Of a DNA stretch of 64,000 nucleotides, positions 18,981-28,877 are shown one piece after another. Made by a program: the position numbers and the translations under genes. Positions within the stretch are counted from its first letter, which is position 1, and each line of letters begins with the position of its first letter. Below the pieces are notes generated by a model. The model searched no databases. It saw only the letters and a program-made list of their open reading frames with translations, and was not told the origin of the DNA. The DNA comes from Candidatus Thorarchaeota archaeon (GTDB lineage: Archaea; Asgardarchaeota; Thorarchaeia; Thorarchaeales; Thorarchaeaceae). The stretch is from NCBI GenBank assembly GCA_011364905.1, contig RDNZ01000007.1:32742-96741 (forward strand). The letters run 5' to 3'.

Positions 18981-20264
18981 TCAAGAAACAATGATTGTAT
19001 CTGCCCTATCCGGGCCGATTGAAACCAGTTTCACCTGTGTGTTCGTTAATTTTTCAATAAACGCAAGGTATCTTTTCAGTTGGACCGGCAAATCGTGCAA
19101 CGACTCTAATTCTGATAGAGATAGGTCATCAAGTGTCCACCCTTCTAACTCTTCATAGATAGGAACTACGTTTGACAGAGTGGTAGCATCGGCAGGGAAA
19201 TTCGTGGTTTCTTCGCCGTCTACATCGTAGGCGACACAGACTTTCAAGGGATTGATTCCCGTCAGAGCATCAGCTTTTGTAACTGCCAGAAACTTGCCAC
19301 CATTGAGCCTGACCGCATACCGCAACGCAACAATATCCAACCACCCGCATCTTCGAGGCCGACCTGTTACTGTGCCATACTCTCTGCCTTTATCGCGAAT
19401 TCTTAGACCAACGCTTCCTTCAACCTCTGTTGGAAAAGGGCCGGTTCCGACTCTAGTCAGATACGCCTTGCAGATACCTAACACAGACTCGAGTTTCGAG
19501 AATGGAACTCCAGTTCCGATTGATGCAGCGGCAGAAATACAATTAGAACTTGTGACAAAAGGATAGGTCCCATGGTCAATATCAAGTAGAGTACCTTGAG
19601 CTCCTTCAAATAGGACACGTTTTCCTGCACTCATCTCCTTCTCCAAGAAGACGCCACTGTCTCCAACATAGGGCAAAAGGCTCTTGACAGCAGAGGTAAA
19701 AGACTCCAATGAAGGACCATTTTGTGTATCCACATCTGCATGATGAACTGCCTCAATAATAGACCTCGATGAAGCTTCAAGAGATGACCATTGATCACCT
19801 GAATGGTTTCTGAAATCGCAAAATCGAACACCGACACGAGACACCTTGTCAGAGTATGTAGGACCAATTCCTCTCCTCGTGGTACCGATCATCTTTCCTC
19901 CTTTAGATAACTCATTAAGGCCATCAATCTGAATGTGATACGGTGTGATGAGATGCGCTCGGTCACTGATTAGCAGGTTAACCTCGATTCCGGCCTTCCT
20001 CAAGGCGTTAATCTCATCTAAGAGAATGATGGGATCAACCACAACACCATTTCCAATCACTACACTTTTTTTGCGTATAGCGCCAGTGGGCATAATTCTA
20101 AACTTGTGTACCTTCTCGCCTATTTTCACAGTATGCCCTGCGTTACTGCCACCTTGAAATCTAACTACAATGTCAAAGTCCTCTGAAAGTACATCGACTA
20201 TCTTGCCTTTGCCTTCGTCGCCCCACTGCAGTCCGACGACGACCAAGCTTTGAGAGGAGTTCAT
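18981..20264 (-). CDS. purA: adenylosuccinate synthetase
   Basis: QWGDEGKGK, GGSNAGHT, FEGAQG, TGRPRRCGWLD. Confidence 0.97.
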   Translation of the reverse strand: MNSSQSLVVVGLQWGDEGKGKIVDVLSEDFDIVVRFQGGSNAGHTVKIGEKVHKFRIMPTGAIRKKSVVIGNGVVVDPIILLDEINALRKAGIEVNLLISDRAHLITPYHIQIDGLNELSKGGKMIGTTRRGIGPTYSDKVSRVGVRFCDFRNHSGDQWSSLEASSRSIIEAVHHADVDTQNGPSLESFTSAVKSLLPYVGDSGVFLEKEMSAGKRVLFEGAQGTLLDIDHGTYPFVTSSNCISAAASIGTGVPFSKLESVLGICKAYLTRVGTGPFPTEVEGSVGLRIRDKGREYGTVTGRPRRCGWLDIVALRYAVRLNGGKFLAVTKADALTGINPLKVCVAYDVDGEETTNFPADATTLSNVVPIYEELEGWTLDDLSLSELESLHDLPVQLKRYLAFIEKLTNTQVKLVSIGPDRADTIIVS

Positions 20265-20369
20265 AGAGTGAGACCTTCGTTCGTTGTAGATAATAGTTAT
20301 GCCTTGTTTCAGACTTTTGTGTTATGCAGGTATTTAAATTCCAGAGCTAGTTTATGGAGTCGAGAGACT

Positions 20370-21722
20370 TTGAAGAAATCAGATGTTGTTATCGTTGGTG
20401 CAGGATCAGCAGGATGTGTCACAGCTAGAAGATGTGCTGAACTTGGACTGAAGACACTGCTTTTGGATAGAAAGCCTCAGGAAGAAGTCGGGCAGAAAGT
20501 ATGCGGCGACGAGGTTAGTAAAACACACTTTGAGGCAACAGGAATAGACTACCCTGAGGGTGATGAAATATCGTCAGCCATTTTAGGCGCAGATGTCTAT
20601 CCTCCAAACAGAAAGAACGAATTACAGGTCAGAGGATGGACTGAGTTTGACGGTTGGACTGTGAACAGGCTCATTTGGGGGCAAAGGCTACTAAAGGATG
20701 CTATCGATGCAGGTGTCAAATTCCTGCCCAATATCCATGTAGCCGAACCTGTGGTGAATTCGGACCGTGTCATAGGTGTTGAATACAAAGACCTCGAATC
20801 TGCGGAAACTGTCGTTGTTAGTAGCAAGATAGTCGTTGATGCAAGCGGATTTGCAGCAGTTATAAGAAACAAGTTGGAAAGCCCTCTCATTGAAAACAAC
20901 ATTGACAAAGAGGACGTTGCCCTCTGTTATAGAGAGATTCTGAAGCTGAAGATGCCTTTGGCTGAACCCGAGGTTGCTCGTGTTTTCCTTGGTGGAGAAA
21001 TAGCACCAAAGGGCTACGCATGGATTTTCCCCAAGGGGGTTCAAGAGGTCAATGTAGGTGTAGGCATAACAGGCGGTGAAGGACGCGGCTCACCAAAATC
21101 ACACTGCTTTAAGTTCAAGGAGCAATACCCGTTGCTGTTCGGCAGCAAGGTAATAGATGGAAAGGGAGGTGCAGTGCCAGTCAGGAGACCCCTCAAGAGT
21201 CTTGTTGGAGATGGTATTGCATTCGTTGGAGACGCCGCACTGCAAGTCAATCCAATCCATGGTGGAGGCATTGGAGCAGGCATGAGAGCAGGAATCATCC
21301 TTGGTGAAGTTGTGAGAGGAGCAATTGCAAAACGAGATCTTTCAGCGGCGGGTTTATGGTCATATAACATGCGATACCTTCCTAACTTCGGACGCAGACT
21401 AGCATCTCTTGAGGTCTTCAAAAGACTCCTCCAAGCAGTATCAGATGAAGACATGAACTTCGGTTTTGAAAGAAGACTACTCGAAGCTGAAGACTTGATG
21501 GCTGCAAACCGTGGTGATGGGATTTCTCTCAGCATTGTTGAAAAAATGAAGAGAGTAAAAAGAGGAGCAGGCAGAATATCTCTTCTAATGAAGTTGCAGA
21601 AGGCAGCAGGGCTCATGAAAAAGATGAACAAAGCTTACAGTAACTACCCGACCAGCCCAGATAGACTTGATAGTTGGGAAAAGTCAGTCTTGAGCATTAT
21701 AGAATCGGCAACTTTCAAATAG
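20370..21722 (+). CDS. geranylgeranyl reductase family (digeranylgeranylglycerophospholipid reductase)
   Basis: VGAGSAG, KVCGD, GYAWIFPK, VGDAA, NPIHGGGI; TTG start chosen. Confidence 0.9.
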   Translation: MKKSDVVIVGAGSAGCVTARRCAELGLKTLLLDRKPQEEVGQKVCGDEVSKTHFEATGIDYPEGDEISSAILGADVYPPNRKNELQVRGWTEFDGWTVNRLIWGQRLLKDAIDAGVKFLPNIHVAEPVVNSDRVIGVEYKDLESAETVVVSSKIVVDASGFAAVIRNKLESPLIENNIDKEDVALCYREILKLKMPLAEPEVARVFLGGEIAPKGYAWIFPKGVQEVNVGVGITGGEGRGSPKSHCFKFKEQYPLLFGSKVIDGKGGAVPVRRPLKSLVGDGIAFVGDAALQVNPIHGGGIGAGMRAGIILGEVVRGAIAKRDLSAAGLWSYNMRYLPNFGRRLASLEVFKRLLQAVSDEDMNFGFERRLLEAEDLMAANRGDGISLSIVEKMKRVKRGAGRISLLMKLQKAAGLMKKMNKAYSNYPTSPDRLDSWEKSVLSIIESATFK

Positions 21723-21730
21723 AGAAGAAA

Positions 21731-21751
21731 GATGGTCTTTGCGAGACCATC
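21731..21751. terminator. hairpin between convergent genes
   Basis: GATGGTCT-ttgcg-AGACCATC, 8-bp stem. Confidence 0.55.
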
Positions 21752-21771
21752 AGTTTCTGCAAAAATGAATT

Positions 21772-22824
21772 TTAGACGTCACGTATGCCATCCTTAACAA
21801 CAGTGAAAACTGCTTCACCCTCGGGAAGGTTGGGAGAATCTACTAGCCGGCAGATTCTTCGTTCACCTTTTGATTTTCTGAGATAACAACGGGTCTGTGG
21901 CACATGTGCAAGGACATGACCACCTACAGGAGCTGTTGGGTCTCCAAAGAATGCATCCGGCCGGGACATGACTTGATTGGTGATATACACCGCCATATTG
22001 TTGATCTCCGCACCTCTCTGGAGATGGTGGAGATGCTTGTTTAATTTCTGTTGTCTTGCTGCCAGGGTACCTCTACCAGTATATTCCGCTCTAAAGTGAC
22101 TCGTCACGGAGTCAACAACCAATAGTCTGGCATTCTGGTCAGTTGCCATTTCCATGGCTTGATCGCACAAAAGGATTTGATGGTCCGAGTTGTACGCGCG
22201 AGCCCACACGACATTCTTCAGAACTTTGGCTGGGTCCATCCCATAGGCCTCTGCCATGTCAACTAAGCGCTCAGGCCGGAAAGTCCCTTCGGTATCCACA
22301 TAGATTGCTTTTGCGCCAAGACCCCCCTCTTCTGGGGAACGCTGTACCATCACAGCCAATTGATGTGCAATCTGAGTTTTTCCCGACCTGAAAGATCCGT
22401 ACATCTCTGTGATGGATTGAGTTTCAAGGCCTCCTGCAAAAAGCTCATCCAAAGCCTTGGAACCTGTGGAGATACGACCAGCTGTTTTACGCCTTTCCAA
22501 AAGTAAATCGGCAGTCTCGAATCCAATGTCTAGCATCTCTCGAGCCGCTTTGATGATCTTTGTGGCCGTTGTCTCTCCAATTGAACCAGCTGCTGCTAGT
22601 TCTCCAGGGGATGCAACAGCAATTGCTTCTACATTCTTATAGCCCGATTCGGCTAATCGTTTTCCAATAGCTGGACCGACTCCAGGGAGATCGGTCACTT
22701 CAATCCCTGACACTCCAGCATCTTCGCCAGAAGTTTCAAGGGTTTCCTGATCATTCGCATCGAACTCCTCGTAGTCCATTTCCTCTTCGTCTTTTTCTTC
22801 ATCTGCTTCCTTTTTTGGTGACAA
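21772..22824 (-). CDS. radA: DNA repair and recombination protein RadA
   Basis: Hh[46 protein letters not shown]. Confidence 0.97.
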   Translation of the reverse strand: MSPKKEADEEKDEEEMDYEEFDANDQETLETSGEDAGVSGIEVTDLPGVGPAIGKRLAESGYKNVEAIAVASPGELAAAGSIGETTATKIIKAAREMLDIGFETADLLLERRKTAGRISTGSKALDELFAGGLETQSITEMYGSFRSGKTQIAHQLAVMVQRSPEEGGLGAKAIYVDTEGTFRPERLVDMAEAYGMDPAKVLKNVVWARAYNSDHQILLCDQAMEMATDQNARLLVVDSVTSHFRAEYTGRGTLAARQQKLNKHLHHLQRGAEINNMAVYITNQVMSRPDAFFGDPTAPVGGHVLAHVPQTRCYLRKSKGERRICRLVDSPNLPEGEAVFTVVKDGIRDV

Positions 22825-23036
22825 GTAGAAGACCTCCCTATATCACCCAACATCTATCCTCAGACTTTGTTGAGCATGTAGACGTGATAATGTCGATTCA
22901 CTGAGTATAAAAATAGCACTAGTGAACAGACCGAGTGATGAGTCTATAACTTCTCTAAAGAACTTGACTCTTCCTACAGAAAGAACTCTGGAATATTTCA
23001 ATCATAAGACCAATGGTAACAAGGATCGAAAGCGTT

Positions 23037-23363
23037 CTAGCCGCGCGTTAGTGTGACTAAAATGAATTCCTCTTGGGGAGCGATTCGAATTCCACCCATG
23101 TTTGTCTGAATCTGAATGAAAGCCAGCTCGCCGCCTTCTTTAACACCCCGAACAATCTCCCATGTCTTACCAATCAGTGCGCTTAGAAGAGCCGAGATTT
23201 CTTCAGCCCTCTCAAGAGTCACACCCCATGTGTTGATTGGAAATCCTTCTGGACTAATGAAAAGAGCGGCATATACATCGGGAAACTTGCTTGTTATATT
23301 TTGAATAATCCTCTCGAATATCTCACGCTTTGGCATTGCTGGCATGTTTTTGTACACATCCAT
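23037..23363 (-). CDS. Roadblock/LC7 domain protein
   Basis: AALFISPEGFPI, EISALLSALIG, ELAFIQIQT pattern. Confidence 0.8.
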   Translation of the reverse strand: MDVYKNMPAMPKREIFERIIQNITSKFPDVYAALFISPEGFPINTWGVTLERAEEISALLSALIGKTWEIVRGVKEGGELAFIQIQTNMGGIRIAPQEEFILVTLTRG

Positions 23364-23523
23364 AGCAGTTTCTGGGTGTTCTGGTATCTCAAAGGTGTTA
23401 AATGGACAAAGAAAAAGCTTGTTGTCATATAGCCAAGAGCTAGGAGTGAAACTATTTCACTTGATTTCATAAAAAGAGAAACGCTTCCTGATTACCCTAT
23501 CTGGATACGACTACCAAAACTAT

Positions 23524-24234
23524 TTGAAACACACTGGAACGTCATTCTTCGAACTCAAAGTAGGGACTGAAAACGAACTTACAATATTCCAAACCATGAT
23601 GGTGAAACTAGTGAAATACCACGATGAGTTGCTAGAATTGGCAGGAGCGAGAGTTACTTTTTCTAGAGCAATTTCAAGACTTACTCCGGCTCCGCTAATC
23701 AATCTCTATGTTGGTATTATCTTTTCACTTACTTCACCAATAGGTCTCGGACCGTATCTTAGTCCTCTTCAATCTGTGTTGATCTGCCTACTCATAATGG
23801 TCATTCTCCCCATTGCTCCAATAGTCTTAGAGGCGTGGAGAGGAAATGTAGATCTCGATGTGTCTAACAGAGAAAGCCGGACAAAGTTCTTTGTGTTTTC
23901 GATGATGTGCGATGTCTTAGCTTTTGTCGTCTATGGATATTTCAAATGTCATATCATGAGTACTCTTGCTGCAGCATACTTCTCTGTAACGTTTGGTGTA
24001 CTGTTGGTCAGCTTGAGATGGAAGATATCAGTCCATGGAGCAGGGATAGGTGGCCCTGGTGCAGCTCTAATCTATGTCTATGGTCCTATTGCTCTCAGTG
24101 TCATCGCTGTTTGGGCATTGGTCATTTACTCTAGGGTCAAACTGAAACAGCATACACTGTTACAGTCAATTGCAGGCGTATTGATAGCAGTGATTATCTC
24201 ATGGGCGACCTATGTTGCTTTGTACGCAGTATGA
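23524..24234 (+). CDS. PAP2-like membrane phosphatase
   Basis: KISVHGAG and SRVKLKQHT motifs; TM helices; true start probably near 23630. Confidence 0.75.
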   Translation: MKHTGTSFFELKVGTENELTIFQTMMVKLVKYHDELLELAGARVTFSRAISRLTPAPLINLYVGIIFSLTSPIGLGPYLSPLQSVLICLLIMVILPIAPIVLEAWRGNVDLDVSNRESRTKFFVFSMMCDVLAFVVYGYFKCHIMSTLAAAYFSVTFGVLLVSLRWKISVHGAGIGGPGAALIYVYGPIALSVIAVWALVIYSRVKLKQHTLLQSIAGVLIAVIISWATYVALYAV

Positions 24235-24340
24235 CAATCGAGATGCGATATGACGATTTTGTACGAAATCGATTCATATGTGAACTTTCGAATTTGTTAG
24301 ATGCAGTTACGCCGCTGTCTAACTATAGGAATGTCTGTCA

Positions 24341-25627
24341 ATGCAGGACCAAGTGATTTGTCCAAATTGTGGAAAACACATCAGAAAGGGATCGACATTC
24401 TGTATAGGTTGTGGAAACAAAGTGCCCGAAGATTTGCCAATAGCCCCGCAAGAACCTACACTTGAAGATTCAGAGATTTCAGATGAATCTGACGAACTTC
24501 CAAGCCTTGAAGAGTCTGTCTTGGATGAGATACCTTCCGAATCGACTTCGCAAGCTACTGAACCGGAGGTCTTGCCACCGATAGAGGAAGACATGAGCTG
24601 GGATGATTCACCATTACCAACACCCGAAGGGCAACTAACTGAAGATGACATAACCCTCGTTGACAAAATCGTCGAGGCTCATGCAGGAGAGCCTTCCGGA
24701 AGTGCCACAGAAGGACCAAGCACCTCTGCGTCAGATGGTCCCCCACTATTGCCAATTGGAGACCCAGCAGTACCAGAAGGAAGAAGTACCGACCTATCAT
24801 GGGAAGAGGGAGTGGAAGGAATCAAAGTGGGAATGCCCTTCAAAGAGGTTGAACCACCTAGAGTCTTTGATGAAGAGGTTCCAATCACAACTGAAGAGGC
24901 ACTTGAGCATCTGTTCCCTGAAGGAGCACCAAAAGAGATTCAAGAAGAAACAAGAGAAGCTGTTGAGCATCTGTTCCCTGAAGGGAGAGGAACTACAACA
25001 ACGTCGTTCATCGATGTTGTAGTCGGGAAACCCTCAAGAGTTGGTCTTAAGGGACCACTTCAGGAGCTTGAAACACCTGTTTGCCCGAACTGCGGGGTCG
25101 CACTTTCATCAGACGATTTTGAGTATCCGCCTTATGTTTTTGAGGCCATGGGGAAAGCGCGACTTGAGCGAGGCGAACAGTACCTTCAGGAGAATGAGCA
25201 TGAGAAAGCAATCGAATCCTTTGAGATTGCAAAGATGCTGTTCGAGCAAGCCGGAAACGAAAAGGGTGTTGCTGAAAGCGTAAAGAGAGTAGATATTGGC
25301 TATGATGAGATGGCAAAGTTTCACTTTGATCAGGGCGAGAACCATATGAAAGTGAATGAATATGAATGGGCTATTGTGCAGTTCAGAAAAGCTCGGGAGC
25401 TCTACATGTTCAGCACTGATGAAAAGAAGCGTGCTCGATGTTCAGAGAAAGCTCGGGAAGCCTATGTAGAGTGGGGGAAAGACCTCGAGTCCCAGGGAGA
25501 CCAGTTGGCCAAAGACGGAAGTTCAAGGGATGCACTGTCAAAGTACCAGGAAGCCGCTGCCAAGTATCGAGAAGGCGAGGATAGTAAAAGACTCCGAGGC
25601 CTTGAGAAGAAGATTCGGAAGGCTTAG
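24341..25627 (+). CDS. zinc-ribbon protein with acidic disordered region and TPR-like C-terminus
   Basis: CPNC..CIGC; long E/D/P/S-rich tract; single CPNC; helical repeats EKAIESFEIA, EWAIVQFRKA, DALSKYQEAA. Confidence 0.8.
   Translation: MQDQVICPNCGKHIRKGSTFCIGCGNKVPEDLPIAPQEPTLEDSEISDESDELPSLEESVLDEIPSESTSQATEPEVLPPIEEDMSWDDSPLPTPEGQLTEDDITLVDKIVEAHAGEPSGSATEGPSTSASDGPPLLPIGDPAVPEGRSTDLSWEEGVEGIKVGMPFKEVEPPRVFDEEVPITTEEALEHLFPEGAPKEIQEETREAVEHLFPEGRGTTTTSFIDVVVGKPSRVGLKGPLQELETPVCPNCGVALSSDDFEYPPYVFEAMGKARLERGEQYLQENEHEKAIESFEIAKMLFEQAGNEKGVAESVKRVDIGYDEMAKFHFDQGENHMKVNEYEWAIVQFRKARELYMFSTDEKKRARCSEKAREAYVEWGKDLESQGDQLAKDGSSRDALSKYQEAAAKYREGEDSKRLRGLEKKIRKA
24903..24984 (+). repeat. 22-bp direct repeat, 60-bp spacing (EHLFPEG x2)
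   Basis: TTGAGCATCTGTTCCCTGAAGG at 24903 and 24963. Confidence 0.85.
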
Positions 25628-25632
25628 TGCCT

Positions 25633-26550
25633 TCAATCTTTCTTTGGTTTGAACCCAGTGAGTCTCAGGATATTATCTCGAAAGATAAGATCCACATCTT
25701 CTTGCGTATAATTAAATCGAGGTAACAATGACTGAACAGCATTATACTGCTCTTCCAATATGTTGTATCTAAATCCGCGTGGGAAGAATGAAGAATCTGT
25801 ACCAAAAACCACTCTGCAAGATGCTCCTGCTCTTAATGCATGTTCAAAGATTCTGGTAATAGTTAGTTCAGTATCCTGGTATTTCATCCACATGTTACTT
25901 CCACTTGTGTCCATAACCACATTGGGAATCTGATACATGAGCATCAACACTTCGCGGAAAAATCCCGCTCCAAAATGAGCAATCATAAAATTCAGCTCGG
26001 GAAAATCCTGAGCAGGTTTTTGGATATCGAGAGGATTTCCATATCTAAGATTCGCCTGGTCACCAATAGTTATACCGAAGTGGAGGATCACTAGTAGTTT
26101 CTGCTTCTTAGCTTCCTCATAGATGGGATATACTCGTTCATCATACATATGCATACTACCAGAACTAGGATACAACTTGATACCCTGAAAGCCATCCTTT
26201 CCTGCTCTTTTCACCAAGTCAGCAGCGTTCTCTTGAGCAGGATCAATATTCGCATAGCCCATAAATCGACCGGGAAATCGCTTCCGAGTTTCATTAAACT
26301 CATCCCAGACTTCCTCACCAATCATCATACCAATTGCAGTTATACCATATTTATCCAGTTCATCTATCCACATCTGACCAGCATCCCAACTCTCATCAGG
26401 GATCGTCAGTCCTGGCATGTCGGTCTGAAATGAGACCCTGTTTTGCATTCGCTCCATTGAGTGACCACTATTTAGCCATCTCTTAATTGTGTCATAAGTG
26501 AAGAAATGGGCATGGCTATCAATCACTTCAGTTCCAACTTTCGATATCAC
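25633..26550 (-). CDS. amidohydrolase family 2 metallohydrolase
   Basis: IDSHAH, GIKLYP, ILHFG, IAHFG, DTSG, FGTDS. Confidence 0.9.
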   Translation of the reverse strand: MISKVGTEVIDSHAHFFTYDTIKRWLNSGHSMERMQNRVSFQTDMPGLTIPDESWDAGQMWIDELDKYGITAIGMMIGEEVWDEFNETRKRFPGRFMGYANIDPAQENAADLVKRAGKDGFQGIKLYPSSGSMHMYDERVYPIYEEAKKQKLLVILHFGITIGDQANLRYGNPLDIQKPAQDFPELNFMIAHFGAGFFREVLMLMYQIPNVVMDTSGSNMWMKYQDTELTITRIFEHALRAGASCRVVFGTDSSFFPRGFRYNILEEQYNAVQSLLPRFNYTQEDVDLIFRDNILRLTGFKPKKD

Positions 26551-26636
26551 AGCAAAAGTCCCCTAAGTTTACAATAGTTATTGATACTGCCCCTTAGAGG
26601 TAATAAGGGCTCACTTGTAGGACAAGAGTGACATAA

Positions 26637-28877
26637 CTAGATCCAATCGCCAGTTTCGAGCTTTCGCGGGAGATATTCGTCTGTTAGATACTCAAAGCTG
26701 TGACTAGCAAATGCTTGGATCTCAGCTTTCTCTTTCAGTTTCAGCATCAACTCTAAGTCATTCACCCAAGGCTTGTTACGCTTTACAAATGGTTCCTTTA
26801 ACATGTCTTTTACTCGCTTGATGTCATTGGGCTGCATTGGGATTCGAACAGCTTTTGGAATCTTGTATTCATCCAGGTCACGACTTAATACTCCTAAGAG
26901 TTTCAATTCTGGTGTAGCGATGAAGGGCGACTCATAACTAAGCCTCTTACTGCCTCGAAGGAACACAGAGTATATGTAGTGTCCATATGGGTCGGAATCA
27001 ACAAGCGCAAATGCAGGAATCTCCAACTCTTTGACCAGCATCTTTAGGAAGGCTCTTGTAGCAATGTCTCCCGAGCCTTTCCCGGTTATTACGATGCAAG
27101 GTTGCCGGTTCCAGTACTTTGCTTCTGCAAGTCGCATGACTGCAGCATCTTTCTCAGATAGAATAATGAACTCCGCATCACTCTCGACAATCTCAAGCTG
27201 GTCTAAGAAGGGAGTAACGGCCCACCCACCAGTTCCCATTTTGGTAAGGTCGATGAGGTCACCACCATCTCGAATTGTCACACGACCCATTGCTGAACCT
27301 CTGGCTGACGCAACAACATGAATGCTATCTCGTGTCGTTTGAATCATCGAAGCAACATCTTCAATGATCTTGTCACTGTACTTCTGCTCTCTAAAGAGAT
27401 TGACATCACTGTAGTAGACCTCTCTTTTGGTTGCGTGAAGGTGCAACTTCAGCAAGTTGAATACTATCTCCATGACACGAGCAGTTCTTGTTGCATCAAC
27501 AACAGATGCCAGTGAGTGATAGGGGCGAGAAATTGTACGCATTCCTAAGAGCAAAAGATCACGAACCTCATCCCAGACGATGTTGTCACCAGACCTACTC
27601 GGTATGTCGAAAGCTGGTCTGCCACTCATCATGGTTTCATTGAGAATATCTAATGCAGTGTCAACTATTCTCTCGGTTGTTTCATCCGCTGTTAGACTAA
27701 CAACTTCAACAGTTTCAAGAATTGGTTTTGCTTCCTCATCTGATTCATTTCTATCCTGAATTTTTTGTTCCGCATTCGCCCAGTTCTCTTTCAATTCGAT
27801 TGCCAAACTTTCGACAGCTTTTGGCACATGTAAACCTGAATCTTTTCTCACTGGTTTGGGTTTCTTCTTGGGTGGCCTTATAGGCATCTTCGTGGGTTTT
27901 CTTGCAGGAGGCGATTTCTTTTTTGGCTGAGCTCGCTTGCGCTCCTTTCTTTTTTGGGGCTTCTTTTCTGGTTCTTCTTCTTCTTTTGCTGGTTCTTCAA
28001 TAACCTGAGGGGTTTTTTCCTCAGGCAGAACCTTGGCTGAAACCACAGTTTCTGGCTCTCCGACTAACTCAGCTAATTCTTGTTCGCGAATCAATCCCTT
28101 TGCGGCTCTCACAAATGATGTTGCTTTTGCTGTACTCAAACCCCCCACTTTCTTTGCGACATTTTCAGGGGAAGCTCTCGCCAATCGAGCCACAGAATCA
28201 TAACCAGCCCGCTCTAATGAGAGGGCGAGTTTCGAACCCAAGCCGGGAACGTCGGTCAGAGATAGTTTTGGAGGTGAGATTGCCTCCTCCTCACCACTTA
28301 CCTGTGTTTCAAGTTCATCCACAGGCGTAGTGGCTTTTTCGTGTCTTTTGACCATCTCTTTTGCAGTATCTACTAGTTTCTTAGCTCCAGACAGACTGAG
28401 ACCTTCAACCTTCTTTGAAAGAGAAGCAGGCCGTGAACGTGAGATCTGTTCAACGGTTTCATACTTTGCATCAATCAGCCTCTCTTCCAGTTTAGATCCT
28501 ACACCAGGGAGCTGAGTCAGACTGAAGGAGCTTTCTGGAAGTGCAGGTTTTGCCTTTTTCTTTGCAGGGGACTCTTTCTTCTTTGAACCAGCCTTCTTTT
28601 TCTGAGTTTGTTTCTTATCAGCTGGCTTTTTCGATGGCTTTTTTGAACCAGCCTTCTTTTTCTGAGTTTGTTTCTTATCAGCTGGCTTTTTCGAAGTCTG
28701 TTTCTTCACAGCTGGTTTTTTCGATGGCTTCTTTTGACTCTTGGACTTAGTTGCTTTCTTAGAAGGGCTTTTGGAGCTCTTTCTTGCCGATTTCTTCTTC
28801 GTTTTTTGTTCTTCAACAACGTCACTAAGAGTTGCTTGAACCGTGTCCTGTTTGTCTTTCTTTTTCTTACGACTCAA
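26637..28877 (-). CDS. top6A: DNA topoisomerase VI subunit A with long Lys-rich/HhH N-terminal extension
   Basis: TKREVYY (catalytic Tyr), EKDA, ITGKG, DSDPYG (TOPRIM), KAEIQA. Confidence 0.93.
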   Translation of the reverse strand: MSRKKKKDKQDTVQATLSDVVEEQKTKKKSARKSSKSPSKKATKSKSQKKPSKKPAVKKQTSKKPADKKQTQKKKAGSKKPSKKPADKKQTQKKKAGSKKKESPAKKKAKPALPESSFSLTQLPGVGSKLEERLIDAKYETVEQISRSRPASLSKKVEGLSLSGAKKLVDTAKEMVKRHEKATTPVDELETQVSGEEEAISPPKLSLTDVPGLGSKLALSLERAGYDSVARLARASPENVAKKVGGLSTAKATSFVRAAKGLIREQELAELVGEPETVVSAKVLPEEKTPQVIEEPAKEEEEPEKKPQKRKERKRAQPKKKSPPARKPTKMPIRPPKKKPKPVRKDSGLHVPKAVESLAIELKENWANAEQKIQDRNESDEEAKPILETVEVVSLTADETTERIVDTALDILNETMMSGRPAFDIPSRSGDNIVWDEVRDLLLLGMRTISRPYHSLASVVDATRTARVMEIVFNLLKLHLHATKREVYYSDVNLFREQKYSDKIIEDVASMIQTTRDSIHVVASARGSAMGRVTIRDGGDLIDLTKMGTGGWAVTPFLDQLEIVESDAEFIILSEKDAAVMRLAEAKYWNRQPCIVITGKGSGDIATRAFLKMLVKELEIPAFALVDSDPYGHYIYSVFLRGSKRLSYESPFIATPELKLLGVLSRDLDEYKIPKAVRIPMQPNDIKRVKDMLKEPFVKRNKPWVNDLELMLKLKEKAEIQAFASHSFEYLTDEYLPRKLETGDWI
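28582..28694. repeat. 53-bp tandem duplication (60-bp period) encoding SKKPADKKQTQKKKAGSK x2
   Basis: tttgaaccagccttctttttctgagtttgtttcttatcagctggctttttcga at 28582 and 28642. Confidence 0.9.
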
